A stretch of DNA of 64,000 nt from Neocallimastix sp. 'constans' (Eukaryota). Shown piece by piece: positions 1 to 15,121 of the stretch. A model generated the notes under the pieces. That model made no database searches and was not told where the DNA came from. It saw nothing but the letters and a program-made list of their open reading frames with translations. The stretch's first letter is position 1; every line of letters begins with the position of its first letter. The stretch lies in assembly GCA_050613775.1 (NCBI GenBank), contig JBODTK010000125.1, forward strand, positions 310,001 to 374,000. Direction: 5' to 3'. The position numbers and the translations under genes are program-made.

Positions 1-61
1 ACAATATGACACTAATTTATATATATATACAATAATTTTAATTTTAATTTACTACCAAAAT

Positions 62-2789
62 CTAAAAATCAAAATAATTTCTAAAAGACTCTAAATCTCT
101 TGTATCAACTTTTTCTAATAAATCTTTTCTTCCTAATGTAATTAAAGCAGTACGTAAAGTTTCCCAAACTGAAGTAGAGTTAGCATCAGGTCCATCACCA
201 ATACCTTCATAATAATTATTATTACCAGATTGAATAGATAAAGCACCTAATAAATGTTCAACTGCTTCTTTAACTTCATTAATATTCATACAACTAATAG
301 CTAGATTATATCTAGCTCTTATATAGGATGGATTAATTTCTAATGCATGGAAATATGCTTCAATAGCTTTTTGTGGTTCATTATTATTAGCCAACATAGC
401 ACCAAGTCTATTGTAAAGGATATGATCCTATTTTATTATGAATTCATAAATTTAAAAATTGATTTATATATAAATATTTATATATGTACATAAATATAAT
501 GTATGTATAAAATATAAATAAAAAAAATAAAAATAAATAAAAAAAATAAATAGAAAAAAAATAAATCGACATAGAGAAACATTTAAATTTTAAAATTTTA
601 AAATTTAAATATTAAATTGTATATATATTTAAATAAATAAATAAATTAATAAATAAATAAATAAAAATTAAAAAAATAATTAAATTATATTAAAATTTTA
701 CCGTTGGCCTTTTTGTAATAGCTGCTTCAAAACAATCAATAGCTTTATCATATTCACCAGATAAATTAAATAATAAACCAAGACCAATTTGAACATCAGG
801 ATCCAAATCTACTCCAGGTCTAAATCTCGCACAATCCAATAACAAATCAGTAATGAATTTATGACGATCTGCAAAACGAGTCATAAACATAGGATATTTA
901 TTTAATATATGATTATATTTATCACTATTTAAAATCCATGATTCTAAAGAATCATAGGCATTTTCGATATATTCCTCATTAGCATAGGAAATAGCTAATG
1001 ACATCCAAGCATCTAATAATTTTGGATTTAATTCAGTAGCTTTCTTTAATGCTGAAATAGCTTGTGGTTCTCTTTCATTTTCTTGTTGATGGTTACCAAG
1101 CTGTAACCAAGCATTAGCATTTTGCGAATCTTTTTGTACAATAGCTTCCAAGGCTAATATAGACTCTATTAAATTTGGTAAATTTAAAGCTTCTTCTAAT
1201 GTAGGGATAGTATTGTTTTGTATAAATGGATTGTTCTTTTGAAATATATAATCGTTATAAAGATTATCTGAAGCACGAAGACTAGATTCTGATTGATCAG
1301 TAGTATCAATACCTGCCCAAACTTTATTTTTGGAATCAATATCAATATCTTTAATGTTATTTTGATAATCACGAACCCAATCCTCTAAACTATATTGTCT
1401 TGCTTCTACAACTTCATCTTCAAAATTTTCAAAAATGTCTTCATCAGTTTCTTGCCCTCTTTGAGAATCTTGATACTGTGTTGAAGTGGAAGCAACTTCA
1501 CTATTAATGTCTAATTTATCTCTCATGAGATTGTTTAATTCTGTAACGGGTATATTATTTAAGTTTTGTTGCTGGAAATAGCTAGATTCAGCTAAATTAA
1601 TTGAGGCATTATCATAAGTACTATTATTTAAGTATTGTGGAGCTTGTTCTTTTTCTTTTTCTTTTCCTTTATTTTTTATTGTATTCTCCTCTTCTAGTTT
1701 GGCTTTATTTAATTCAGCTTCTTTTTCTTTTCTAATTTCTTCAGCAACATATTTTTGATAACTATCTCCTGACATTACTGGTTCTTCTACTTCACCATCA
1801 CCCATAAAATAATTTGCCCATTGTGCTTCTTCATACCCTGTATAATTTTCTTCCCAAACTTCAGCTGGTGATGGAATTTCAAAACTATCATCTTGATCTT
1901 CTTTTTCAATAGTTTGATTTGGATCACCAAATCTTGATTCATCATATACATTTGGATGTTGATCATAAACTTTTTGATTAGAGTCAATTGGATATGCTTG
2001 TTGTTGTTGAAGATTCAGTAAGTGTTCCTGTTCTTCTTGTGTTTCTTGTTGAGCTTCTTGTTGTGATTGTTCTTGAATATGTTTTTCCATTTCTTCTTCC
2101 TTAGTATTAATATTCATTTCATGTAATTCATCCATTTTTTCTTTATGCATTGCATTTAATTTTTCAGTTAATTTGACTGGATCAATATTTAATTCATTAT
2201 TTTGAACTTCTATCGCTTGTTTTTTCTGTTCATTAATCACGACATTTTGCGTATTATTAGATTGGGTATAATTAATTGGTTGATTGATATTTACCATTTC
2301 ATCTCTAATATGCGATGTCATATATGGTTGGTATGTAGTTTGATGTTGCATTGGAAAACTCATATCAGGAACTTCATCTAACGGATTTAATGATGGTTCA
2401 CGTTCTTTTGTTACAGATGAAGATGCTAGTTTATTTTCTTCACTTACAGTTTCATTCAATGAAACTACTTTATTTTCCTTAATTGTAACTTCATGATCCC
2501 GAATTTGTTTCATAAAGTCCATAAATTTTGAATCTTTAAATTTTGGATTACTTGAATATTGAACTGAATCTAAAACTAAACGAGCTGCTTCTGCTAAATC
2601 TTCATCATTTTCTTCTGTAAATTCTTGCTGTTTTGAAAATTCGTCGACCCATTTTTCAGCTTCTTCTTGTATACGATCGGTAGTTGAAGCTTCCGATTCA
2701 TTATTAGCCATTACTATTAATATATTAAAATATATATATATATATATTATTAAAATATCATAAACAATGATAAATAAAAATATATTAAT

Positions 2790-2828
<39 letters not shown>

Positions 2829-4113
2829 GCATATATATAAAACATATAATATATAATAAATGATAAATTTAAATTACATTTTGCTTTTTCAAATGCTTCA
2901 TCTAATTCTTGTTTATTAATATTTTCTTGTTTATTTATATTTGTAATTGTATTAACATTATTATTCAGTACTGTTGTATATGGTGTTTGAAATTGAAAAT
3001 GATGTATCGGATTTTGATAAATTACTAATAATAATTTTAATATAAATTTATGAAAAACATAATTCATTTTAATCTTAATATTTTATTTTATAAAAATTTA
3101 AATTTATTATATTTAATTTGGTGAAAGAAATTAATACTAACAATGAGAATTTAGTGCATTGAATGATTGTTTCTGTGGTTTTGGAGCTTGCATTTGATTG
3201 AATTCATTTACAAAATTAACATTATTTGCTTCATTCATAAAATCATTTGCCCAATTGTCCAAACTATTGAGAGCTGGTTTATGAATTTCAACTGACGGTT
3301 TTGCGTTATTGACCATCATATTTGGAACAATTGGAGCTGGCACAGGTGTCAATACATTATTTAATTCATTATAAAAATTTTGAAATTGAAAAGAATCATG
3401 CATTTCTGGCAGAGCTTTTCCATTATTAAAAAAACTATCTACAGTCTAAAATATTATAAATATATATATTATATTAGCTTTTATCTTTAATAATTTATAA
3501 TTTTTATATTTAGATTATATTAATAATATTAATAATAATATAAAAAGGATATACTTTATAATTATGAATTCTGATTTTAATTTTTTTTTTTTTCTTAAAA
3601 TTTAATTAACTTTTTTTACTTTATTCATTTTTTAAAATGATTATATTACTTCTAATGAAGTAATTTATTATATCATATATTCACAATCATCATTATTATT
3701 ATTATTTTAATATTATTAGTTAGTTTCATTAATATTACCTTATGTTGTTCTGAATTAATTGGAGGTGCCTGTGAAGGTGGAATTAAATTCTAAAATCAAG
3801 CATATTAATTTATATAATTAATTTTTATTTTTTATTATTTTTTAATATATACATCAAAATTATATTTATTTAAATAATTACCACTCCTTGCTCAGGAAAT
3901 TTTCCCTTTAAAGGTAATTCGAAAATGTTATTATAATAAATTAAATTATAGCACTAATATCAAAATAAAATAAAAAATTTTAATATATTAAATTTATAAT
4001 CATAAACTTACTTTACGAAGACCTTCTTTATCTAATTGATTGACTAATTGCATAGTTGGATTAATACCAGCACAAGCTGAGTTGGATCCAACAAAATCTT
4101 GAAACCCTGACAT
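62..4113 (-). CDS. PEX5: Peroxisomal targeting signal 1 receptor Pex5 (multi-exon)
   Basis: ATG at 4113 gives MSGFQDFVGSNSACAGINP with the conserved N-terminal Cys..NP. WxxxF/Y motifs: WANDF, WVDEF, WEENY, WANYF, WVRDY. C-terminal TPRs: AWLQLG..QQENERE..AI.AL, DPDVQIGLGLLFNLSGEYDKAIDCF, NRLGAMLAN, YIRARYNLAISCMN. GT-AG introns, e.g. 701-428. Small internal exons are approximate. Confidence 0.93.
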
Positions 4114-4633
4114 ATTTAAATAAATTAAATTAAATTACTAAGAAAATAAAAAGGAAAATTATAAATAGATATGATAGAAATAATTTAAAATTAAAAATAT
4201 TGCTTTTTTTTAAAAAAAAAAAATGTTTTAAATAATTATTTCTTTTTTCTTGTTTTATTTATTATTATTAATATTTAAATAAATTTGAGATTTATTTGGT
4301 ATTTGTTAATTTTCTTATTAAATTAACCATTTCTTTTTTTTAAATGAAATATTATGAAATAATTTTTCTAATGAAAATTTTATTATTAAAAAATTTAAAG
4401 TGTTTAATATTGAAAATTATCTAACATATTCTAACATAGTATTTATAAAATCTTTTTTAAAATAGCATTGATTAAAAAAAATAATAATAGTAATATATAT
4501 TTTAATTTTTATATTATATATTATAATATATGGTTTAATTTATTTCAGTATAAACTAATTAATAATTATTCAATATTTTTTTTTATTCTTCAAAATTTGT
4601 TTTTGATTTTAAATTCAACCTTTATTCAATTTC

Positions 4634-4666
<33 letters not shown>

Positions 4667-5837
4667 GAATAATATATTACAATTTATATTAATATATTAA
4701 TATTAAAATACTTTATAAATTTTTATATATAAAATGTGCAACATTTAAAAAAAAGTTTATTATTAATAATGTTAAACACTTTTATATTATAATTATTTAT
4801 AAATTTATACATTAAACTCTCTAATATATATAATCAGTTTACCTAATATTAAATATTCAATATTATTTTTTGTTATTGGTTAGATTAAAAATATATATAT
4901 TATTATAGTTTAACCAATCAAACCATTAAAAACTGTTCTTAATTAAAAAAAAATATAGTATGGTACTATATAAAAGGTGAAATGAAGAATTAGGTATATA
5001 TCAATAGAAATACCCATATAAAAAGATTGGAAAAATATTGGAAAAAAAGATTTTTTTTATTATTAAAGAATATAATTTTTATTTAAATATTTAATTATAA
5101 AAAATTGATTTTTCAGTTTTAAAATATTAAATAAATAAAAAAAATTACAAAAAGTATTCATTTGGTATCTTTATTATTGTTGTTTTTAATATATAAAAAT
5201 TTAACATGATTCATATTTTATGTAAATTTTTATTAATAATTAGAATATATATTCCATCATTATAATTGAATATTAATAATATTTTTTTTTACTCAGAAAA
5301 TTAAATAAAAATTATTTAACAAATAAATTTATTTAAGTATTACTTTAAACTAAAAATAAATATATATATAAACATAATATTAATTTGTTTTTATAATTAG
5401 AAGTGTACTTCCTATTATAATAATAATAATTTTTTTTTTAATGATGCTTTGATGGTTTTTTTTTTTTTTTAAAAAAAATTAAATTTTATACATATATAAA
5501 TATAAATCCTTTGATATGATTGGATTAAATTAAAAAATATTTTGAAGTTTTATTTTTTTTAAAAATTTTTTATTTATCAAATAAATAAAAAAAAGTGAAT
5601 ATATAATCACATTTAAATTTTAATTATTTTACTAATAAAATATAATTACATTTTCTGAATTTTTTTTTTTTATTTAAAATTATTTTTTGTTGATTTAAAA
5701 TTTATAACAAATAAAATATAATTACAATAATCTTATAGAAATTTATTTTTAAAATAAAAAAAAGAAAAAAAAAATTAGTAAAAAATAATATATATCATAC
5801 ATATATTCATTATTGACAGTAATTTTTAATAATATCA

Positions 5838-6036
5838 ATGGCCGAAACTCAATATGAAATACCTATTAATAATGAATTTGTTAAACAAATTTTAGATAAA
5901 CCAGAAAAGTTTATTGTTCCGGATAATGACCTTGAAAAGAAAATATTAGGAATAACAAAAAATTTATTTGATTATGGTAATTATAAAAAAAAATAAAAAA
6001 AATAAATTATACATTACATAATTTTTAGAATGAATC

Positions 6037-6069
<33 letters not shown>

Positions 6070-7055
6070 TTCAATTCAATATTTTATATATTATATATAT
6101 ATGTATTTAATTAAAATTTTATACTATATCATTAATTACAATTATTATATATATGTATATTTTTATTTTATTTTTTATTTTATTTTATTTTTTCCATTCT
6201 TTTATATTATATATGTTTATATTTCATATTACTCTAAATAAATAAATTTAATATAATAATAAAAATAATAATAATGGAATAATATATAATATCAATAAAA
6301 TAATATTAAAAAATTTTTAAAAAACAGGAATTAAAAATAAAGACAATTCTTCATGTCCTCTTGAAGAATTATATATAGAAGGATTTGATAATGACCAAAT
6401 TTGGGAAGAAATTCAACTTCAAAATGTTCCATTAATAAAGCAATTCAATGAAATTTCAGATGATATTATTGAAAATGATTTAAAATTGTCAGAAGATGAA
6501 GATGAGATAAATGAAGATGATTATGAATTAGAAGGAAATGAAGACGATGAAGAAATGGAAAATGTAGATGATATAAATGAACAAGAAGAAAGTGAAGAAG
6601 AAAATGAAAAAAGTGAAGAAAATGAAGAAAATGAAGAAAATGATAAAGATATATTAGACGCTGAAAATTTTATTGAGGATGACATGGATAATAAAGTAAA
6701 ATCATCAAATTCTAATAGGAAATTTAAGAAAACTGTAGTTGATGACCAGTTTTTCTCTTTAAGGGAAATGGAAGCATTTGCTGAAGAATTTGAAAGAAAA
6801 GATATATTACGTAGTAGAAGATTTAATAAAGAAGAAAATGATGAAGAAGATGATGAAAATGATGAAGGAATGGCAGATGAAGATTACGAATATATGAATT
6901 TTGATCAAGGTAGAACTTAATATTATTTAGTATAAGAAATATTGAGTAATTTTATAATATATATAATTGTTATTATTCTTTTATAAAAATAATAATAAAA
7001 AAAAAAAAATATTAATATCTAAAATTCATCAATACTGTTCAATTTTTTTTTTTCT

Positions 7056-7087
<32 letters not shown>

Positions 7088-8568
7088 CAATTATTTTAAT
7101 TATTTGGAATATATATAATTTTATTAATTAAATATAATTATTAATTAAATATTCAAAATTATAAATGTATTATATATATGTATATAAAGATTTTGATGAT
7201 GAAGATGATGATATGGAAATTAGATATGAAGACTTTTTTGCTCCTCCAGAAGAATACGAAAAAAATAAAGATAAAATAAAAAGTCTTGATCAAGATGATA
7301 AAAAAGATAAAAATGATGATGATATGGAAGAAGAAAAAGAAAATGATGAAGAAAATGAAGATGGATTTGATGATGAAGATGATGAAAATGAAGAAGGAAA
7401 GGCGGATCTTGATGATGATGGTTTTCCAAACTTACATGAAAATGATGAAGATGAAGATGATACATTAATTGATAAAGAAAATGAAGAAGAAAATGAAGAA
7501 GAAAATGAAGAAGATGATGATGATGACGATGATGGTCAAAACTTAACTACAAAAATTAGTAATTTATTTAGCGAAGATAATGAAGATGAAGGAGAAGGAG
7601 GAGAATCTTTATCAACTTTTGAAAAGAATCAAAAGAAAATACAAGAAACTATTGATAAATTAGAAGAAGAGGCTGTTGCAGATAAATATTGGGCATTAAA
7701 AGGAGAAGTTTCATCTAAGGGTAGACCTCTTAACAGTTTATTAGAAGAAGATATAGAAGTTGAGCATGCTTCTAAACCTGTTCCAGTTATTACTGAAGAA
7801 GTCACACAAACATTAGAGGATATGATTCGTCAAAGAATTTTAGATAACTTATTTGATGATGTTGAGAGAAAAATTGATATTAATACTTTAAAACCAAAAT
7901 ATGATCCAAATAAACAATTTGAATTATTTGAAGAACAAAAGAAACAGTCTTTATCTGAAGTTTATGAAAATGAATATCTTAGACAAACAGCTGGAGAACA
8001 TCAAAGTGAAAAGGAAATAGAATTAGAAAAACGTCATCAAGAAATTGATGAACTCTTTAAAAAGTTATGTCAAAACTTAGATGCATTAAGTAACTGGCAT
8101 TATGCTCCAAAGCCTGCTAAGATGGAAATGACTGTTGTAAGTAATGTTCCATCTATTCAAATGGAAGAAGTTCTTCCTATTCACGAATCTGAAAATACCC
8201 TCTTAGCTCCAGAAGAAGCTTATGAAAAACCAAAGACTGACGTTAAAGGTGAAACTGAAATTGATAGTAATGAAAAGAAGAGACAAAGAGCCAGAAGAAG
8301 AAAGATTAAGAAGATGGAAAGAAAGCAAAAGGAGAAAGAACAAAAGATTCGTGCTAAGATTTTACCAAATAGTATAAGTCAAAAGTATGGTAATAAGAAA
8401 CAGGCTTTAGAAACTTTAACCGGTAATAAGAATGTTACTATTATTTCAAATAGTTCATTAAATTTACCTGGTAGTAAGAAAAAGAAGGGAAATAGTGCAA
8501 AGGTTATATCTACCTCTGGAGGAAAGGCGATCTCCAATGACAATAGACAAACATCATTAAAATTATAG
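5838..8568 (+). CDS. MPP10: U3 snoRNP / SSU processome protein Mpp10 (exons 5838-5976, 6328-6909, 7190-8568)
   Basis: Motifs LYIEGFDNDQIWEEIQLQN, DDQFFSLREMEAF, WALKGEVSSKGRPLNSLLEED, PVITEEVTQTLEDMIRQRI, LDALSNWHYAPKP, IQMEEVLP. Acidic linker. Splice phases are consistent. Confidence 0.93.
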
Positions 8569-8924
8569 ATTTAATTCATTTTTATAATTAATTTTTTTTT
8601 TTTTTATTCTTTTTATACTAAAATTAATATTAGAAACAAATGTATATAAAGTTACTTTAAATTAAAAAAAAAAATAATAAAAAAAAAAGCTACATTTGTT
8701 AGTCTTTTTTTTTTTTTTTAATTTTATTTTTTTATTTTTTTTTAATTTCATTACTATATTTATTATATACATTATAATTTTATTTATTTATTTTATAAAT
8801 ATTTTATATATTTAAATATTTAAAACTTTTTTTAAAAAAATAAAAATTTACAATAGTTAAATTTAAAAGTAAAAATCATTTAAAAAAAATTTATAATGGT
8901 TAAAATTAAAATTAAAAATCATTT

Positions 8925-8959
<35 letters not shown>

Positions 8960-9197
8960 TAATAATTTATATTTCAATAATAATTTGATATAAGAATATA
9001 GATTTAATTAATATATATTATATATATATTTTTTTAAAATTTTATAATTTTTATTTATTATATTAACATTCATATTTTTAATTTTTATTTATTATATTAA
9101 CATTCATATATTTTAAAATGCAACGATTTTAAAAAATCGGTATGACATAAAAAAAAATTATATTATATATAATAAGAAATAATTTAATAATAAGAAA

Positions 9198-9239
<42 letters not shown>

Positions 9240-9318
9240 AAAAAGAAAAAATATGATTATATTTTCTTTTCTTTTAATATTAAATATAAATTATAAAAAT
9301 TTAATTTAAAAATAAAAT

Positions 9319-9942
9319 TCAACAAATAATGCAAATTGAATTTGATGTTTCTATTCTCTTTTCATGAGTTCGTGGATTAGTTTGACTGTTTTTATTCATA
9401 TTACTATTACTATTACTATTTTTATTTTGATCATTTTTACTATAAGCATGATTTAATATTAATCTTTTTTGTTTGGTATTAAATTTAAATATTCTAGTAC
9501 TTGTATTTTGAAGAATAAAACCGTCACTTTCATCATCATCTTCATTATCATCAGACTTTTCAGAATCAGTAGATTCTTCATCACTTTCAACATATGGTGA
9601 TTCAATTTCACTTTCAGATATTTCACCATCTTCTAAATCACTTTTTTCATTTTGGCTTTCCTTTTCTTCTCTTTCTCTATTTTCTTCTTCTCCTTCTCCT
9701 TTTTCTTCACTTTCTTTATTTTTTCCTTCTTTATTTTCATCTTCATCTTCAGCTTTCCCTTTTCCTTTTTCCTTTGATGTATGTTGAATACTTGAGGTTT
9801 TTTTTTCCTTTCTTATATCTATTTCATCATCTTCGAATTTTCTCTTTTTGCTACTATTAAATACAATATCAACTGAATTTTCCCGTTTTCTCTTATTTTC
9901 TTGTTTTTTATTGGTCTTTAATTCTGGATTTTCTATTAAAGT

Positions 9943-9978
<36 letters not shown>

Positions 9979-10079
9979 TTGTATAAATTAATAACATAAT
10001 TTATTATTAATTGATATTTTATATATGTCTATATATATTTATTTTATTCTATTTTATTTTAGTTATTTAGTTATTTATG

Positions 10080-10121
<42 letters not shown>

Positions 10122-13100
10122 CAGGGAAGAGAATACACTTCCATAACTTTATTAGTTATTTATGAAGAAATATGATTTATTTTTTTATAAAAAATAAATA
10201 AATAAATAAATAAATAAGTCATATTTCTTCATATGAATTATCTATTAAATATATATACCTTCAAGAGTCTTTTGATATTCGCTATAAGGAACAACTATAA
10301 TTTCTTCATTCATCCATTTTTGTTTGAAAAAGCTTACCATTTTTCTATCAAATACTTTAACAAAGCAACCACTCGAATTTTGATCTAAGCAAACGTGAAC
10401 GCCACCATATATACCTTCTTCAAAAGTTTTAATTAATACTGGAATTCTCCAACTTGGTGGATAGTTATAAGCATAAAATACATTACTTCTATCAATAATA
10501 TCTTTATATTAAACATTTATTATATTTGATTTATCATATAATAATATAAATTAATAATTGTAATAATAATATTAATTGAAAGAAAGAGAAAAGTTTAATT
10601 ATACTAATTCAATGTTTACTGAGTATTATAAATTTCAGTTTAAAAGAAAATACATACCATCTTTACCCTTAGCTGTTGATATATAAGCCATATCTGATTG
10701 CATAATGAATACTCTATTTTTATACTTTTTATATAATTGGTTTGAACCAATAGATAACTTGTTTGGTTCATATTCTAATAATTGCTTTTCTTGTTCACTA
10801 TCATCTGTTATCATGTTTTCTAAGAATGCGCTTAATTTTATAAATAATATACCAGTAATATATGCGTCAAAACCTGCTTCATGACATAATTCTAAGTTTT
10901 CATAATTTTTGGATGTAATATCTTCGTCATCTGGAATAACCATTAAATCTTTAAATATTCAAGTCATGATTGTTATTATAAAATTAATTAGTCTTTATTT
11001 TTGAAAAATAAATGATATGATAGTTTTATTTTCATTTTTATTTTTTTTTTTACCAATTTCTGGACAGTTTCTGATATTATTATCGGCTATTCTTTTGGCA
11101 TCAATTAATGTTGATGTAACAAACATTTCCTTTAAAAATTTAAATTTATTATATATAATAAATATTTAATTTATAAATTTTATAATTTTTCGTTTATTTA
11201 TTAAAAATTATATTTGTAATTATATTATTAATATTTACTCTTAATTTATTTGTGCTTTCAATAATATACTTGGTATCAAAAATTCTAAAATTTTTAATCA
11301 TATAGAAAGTACATATATAATTATATCAATAAAAATATTAATTACAATTATTTTTAGAATAATAATTATTTGTTATGATTTTGTAATAATATTTCATACG
11401 TTGGGAAAAGTGTATTAATTCTTTTTTGAAAATTAGTGAAATTATGAGGTAAGTCTGAATGGAAACTTTGAACCATATGACAAATATCAAGAAGCATATT
11501 ATGACCCACAATTGGTTTTTTGGTTAATATTAAATAATCAATTACTTTACGGAATCCAATTAAATCATTAATTTCATCCTATTAATATTTTAGTTATGTT
11601 AATAATTTATTTTAATGTTTATACATGTTTTTTTTTTCTTATTAATACATTATAATAAATTAAATTATATTAATATTTACAGCAAGCTTTTCTTCTTTAT
11701 TTCTATAAGCATACTTCTCTTCTTCAGTTAATTTCGTTAACCTAATTTCTTCTGAAGAAGCGGATTCCGAAGCTACAAAACCATTTGTTCTATATTCATA
11801 TATTTTAAGATAATTTATTTTTTTTTTTTTATTAATAAAAAATATTTTTACGAAATATATATTTATAAATATTGTTTCGTTTAATTTTTTAAATTTACAA
11901 TTTTCTGACTTGTTGGTGAATAATTTTTTTTAAATATCTATTTGGAGCTTTAACTAAAATTGATTTTTCAGTAGAATTCTGTAGAAAATCATCCAATTGT
12001 GTTCTTTATAAATAAATGTATTATTAATATATTTATAATGGGTATTAAATTTCAAATTAAAACTATTAAACATTAATATCTATAATTATTTCATTTTGTC
12101 CGTTATTCCTTACTTAAATTGTGTATAAAACTCTTTATTTCTTTCGTCAATTTTAATTTCATTGTCGAATAATGTATTTAATCTTTCTCTAGCTTGATTT
12201 TCTTCTTTTGATCTTAAGAATGGAATACCTTTATACATTAATTAATATAATTATTATTAATATAATTATTAATATTTAATAAAATTTAATCTTACCTTTT
12301 TCAATCCATTCATTAAAATTAAAACCATTTTGCATTAAAAATTCCAAACTTTTTCCTTCACAAAGGAAACACGGTGAAATATTTAATTCTCTTGAACCAG
12401 TTGCTGGAAAACAGTAAAAATTGAAAGCTTTAGCTTTATATTTCTTACTTTCATCATCCCAATAAAATGTGCAAATTCCACATTGAGGAACTAAAAATGA
12501 TTTTGCTGAATTTCTTGCTTTTTCATAACGATCTTGAAGAGTATCGTAGTAAAAATTTCCTTGATCATTAGACTTCTTTAAACCTACATTGCAACAATAA
12601 TTACATAAAGGTTTATTAAATGCAATTTATATATATTTAATTTAATTATTTCAAAATTATAAATTTTAAAAATAAATTATGAAAAAAGAATGAGAATAAT
12701 AATAATAATATATATATATATATATAAAATATATACACATTAAAAATTTAATTTTTTAAAATTATAAAATTTCATTTCTACGAAATTCATTTTATTTATT
12801 ATAATTTCAATTTAGAAAATAAAAATAAAAAATAAATAGATAAACAATTATTTTTAATTTTTTAACATTTTTAAATTTAATTTTTACGAAATTCAATCTA
12901 TTTATTATAATTTCAATTTAGAATATAAATAAATAAATAAATTGATAAAAAAAAAAATAAAAAAAAAAAAAAAAAGCATATATATATTTAAATTTGTATA
13001 AATATATATATTTAAATGAAACGTTAATTTAAATATTTTCGTTTCTTTTTAAAAGTATTGCAAAATTTATTCTTTAGATTTAATATATATATATTAATAT

Positions 13101-13254
13101 ATATTTATGATATTAAACTTTAAATTTTTATTTTTTAATTTTTGTTAGTATATATACCAGTAAATTCAAAGTCGACCGATACAAATTGACTTTCATCAAT
13201 AGCTTCTCTTATTGTTGGCAATAATAATTCAAAATTATGCTTATTAATTTCCAT
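9319..13254 (-). CDS. PARN: Poly(A)-specific ribonuclease (CAF1/DEDD family with R3H- and RRM-like segments), many exons
   Basis: Exon 1 reads MEINKHNFELLLPTIREAIDESQFVSVDFEFTG. Later motifs: FLVPQCGICTF, AFNFYCFP, FLMQNGFNFNEWIEKGIPFL, GFRKVID, VGHNMLLDICH, DTKYI, HEAGFDAYITG. Last exon 9932-9319 ends ...SNSICIIC-TGA. Confidence 0.88.
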
Positions 13255-13261
13255 CTTCACT

Positions 13262-13298
<37 letters not shown>

Positions 13299-13668
13299 TA
13301 TATAATAATTTAATACGTTTTATATATATATTTTATTTATTATTATTTAATATATGATATACAATATAATAATAATAATAATTAAAAATTAAATTTTCTT
13401 ATATTCAAAAAAAAAAAAAAATTGATTGTTTCCATCAATCACCAAGGTTTAAAATTTTTAAATATTTTGGTTTTATACATATATATTTTTTATTATTATT
13501 ATTATTATTATTTATCAATAATCAATTATAAATTATATTTATTTATGAATATTATATATTATTATGTTTTCATATATATAAAATAATTTTTATTATTATG
13601 TTTCAATCAATAAATTTATTGTTAATCTAAATAATAATAAAATAATAAAAAAATATGAATTTTTTTTA

Positions 13669-13968
13669 GGGTGTGGGGCATTTCGCCAAATTGCATTTCG
13701 CCAGATTGCATTTCGCCAATTTTTTTTGAAAGCATGTGGCGTATTAAAAAATGTGACATTTCGCCAAATTGCATTTCCCCAAGTTGCATTTCGCCAAATT
13801 GAAAATTATTAAATAAATAAATAAATAAATCAATAAATAAAATTAAATATTATTAATAAAAAAATATTTTGAATTAATATTTATTCATTTATTCATTTAT
13901 TTATATCAATACTCTACTTGTCGAAATGCAACCTGGCGAAAAGCAACTTGGGGAAATGCAACTCTCCC
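13669..13968. mobile_element. Mutator-like MITE, 300 bp
   Basis: Imperfect TIRs of about 50 bp: GGGTGTGGGGCATTTCGCCAAATTGCATTTCGCCAG vs revcomp right end GGGAGAGTTGCATTTCCCCAAGTTGCTTTTCGCCAG. Built from repeated TTGCATTTCGCCA units. 9-bp TSD TTTTTTTTA at 13660-13668 and 13969-13977. Confidence 0.8.
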
Positions 13969-15121
13969 TTTTTTTTAGTGTCACAATTATTAATAAAAAA
14001 TTATCTATTTTATTTACAGATTAGATTTATAAATTAATATATCCTATCAAAATATTTTTATTTATTAATATAAGAAGTGGAAAAATACTATTTTACATTT
14101 TTTTTGGTTAACCATAAATTTATTTATATATTAGGTTATTAATATTACATCATTATCTAGATATTAAAAATAATTTTATAACTGTATTTAAATAAATATT
14201 CTATTATATGAAAATTCATTAATAGGTTATATGCCTTTGATATTATTCGATGCCTTAAACAATTTAAAGATTTTATTTCAATATTTCGTTTTATTGATTT
14301 TATATTTATTATTTGGAGTAAATTTTTTATTTGTAATATATTATTATAAAATAAACTTTATATATTTTAAATAATATTATTAATATTTATTTAAATACAT
14401 ATACATTTTATTTCACTTATATAATTTTTATATATTAACTAATTTTTTTTATTTACAGCATATTTTTAGTATTTTAAATGAAAAGAAAAGAAATTAATAA
14501 TATTCTTTATTTCTTGTTATTTAAATAGTACAATAATAAAATTTTTAATAAATGATATTAATGATATTTATTTTAATAATTAATTAATAATAGAATTTTA
14601 TTAATAATTTAAATGTATAATTTATAAATTTAATGTTTTATTGTTTTAATATTTTATTTATTTGTTATTAGTTTTTTTTTTTTTTTTTCATATAAGAAAG
14701 TCTTATAAATGTTATAATCTGTATATTATTATTCAGTATGGATGCTTCATTATATATATATTAACGTATATATTATAACTTTAAAATATTCATATAAAAT
14801 ACTTTTTAAATTATTAAATTAAATTCCAATTATTACTTTTAATTATAGAACTGACTGATTGAATTTTTTATTTATATTTTATTTATATTTTATTTGTATT
14901 GATTTTAATTATATTCTAAATTAAATTTCAAATTATTATTTATAATTATCGAACAGACTGATTGAATTTTTTTATTTATATTTTATTTGTATTAATTATA
15001 ATTAAGTATATTTTATTTGTATTGATTGTAATTATGTATATTTTATTTGTATTTATTTCATTATTTATATTTTATTTGTATTGATTGATTTTTATTGTTT
15101 ATATTTTATTTTTAGTATTTT

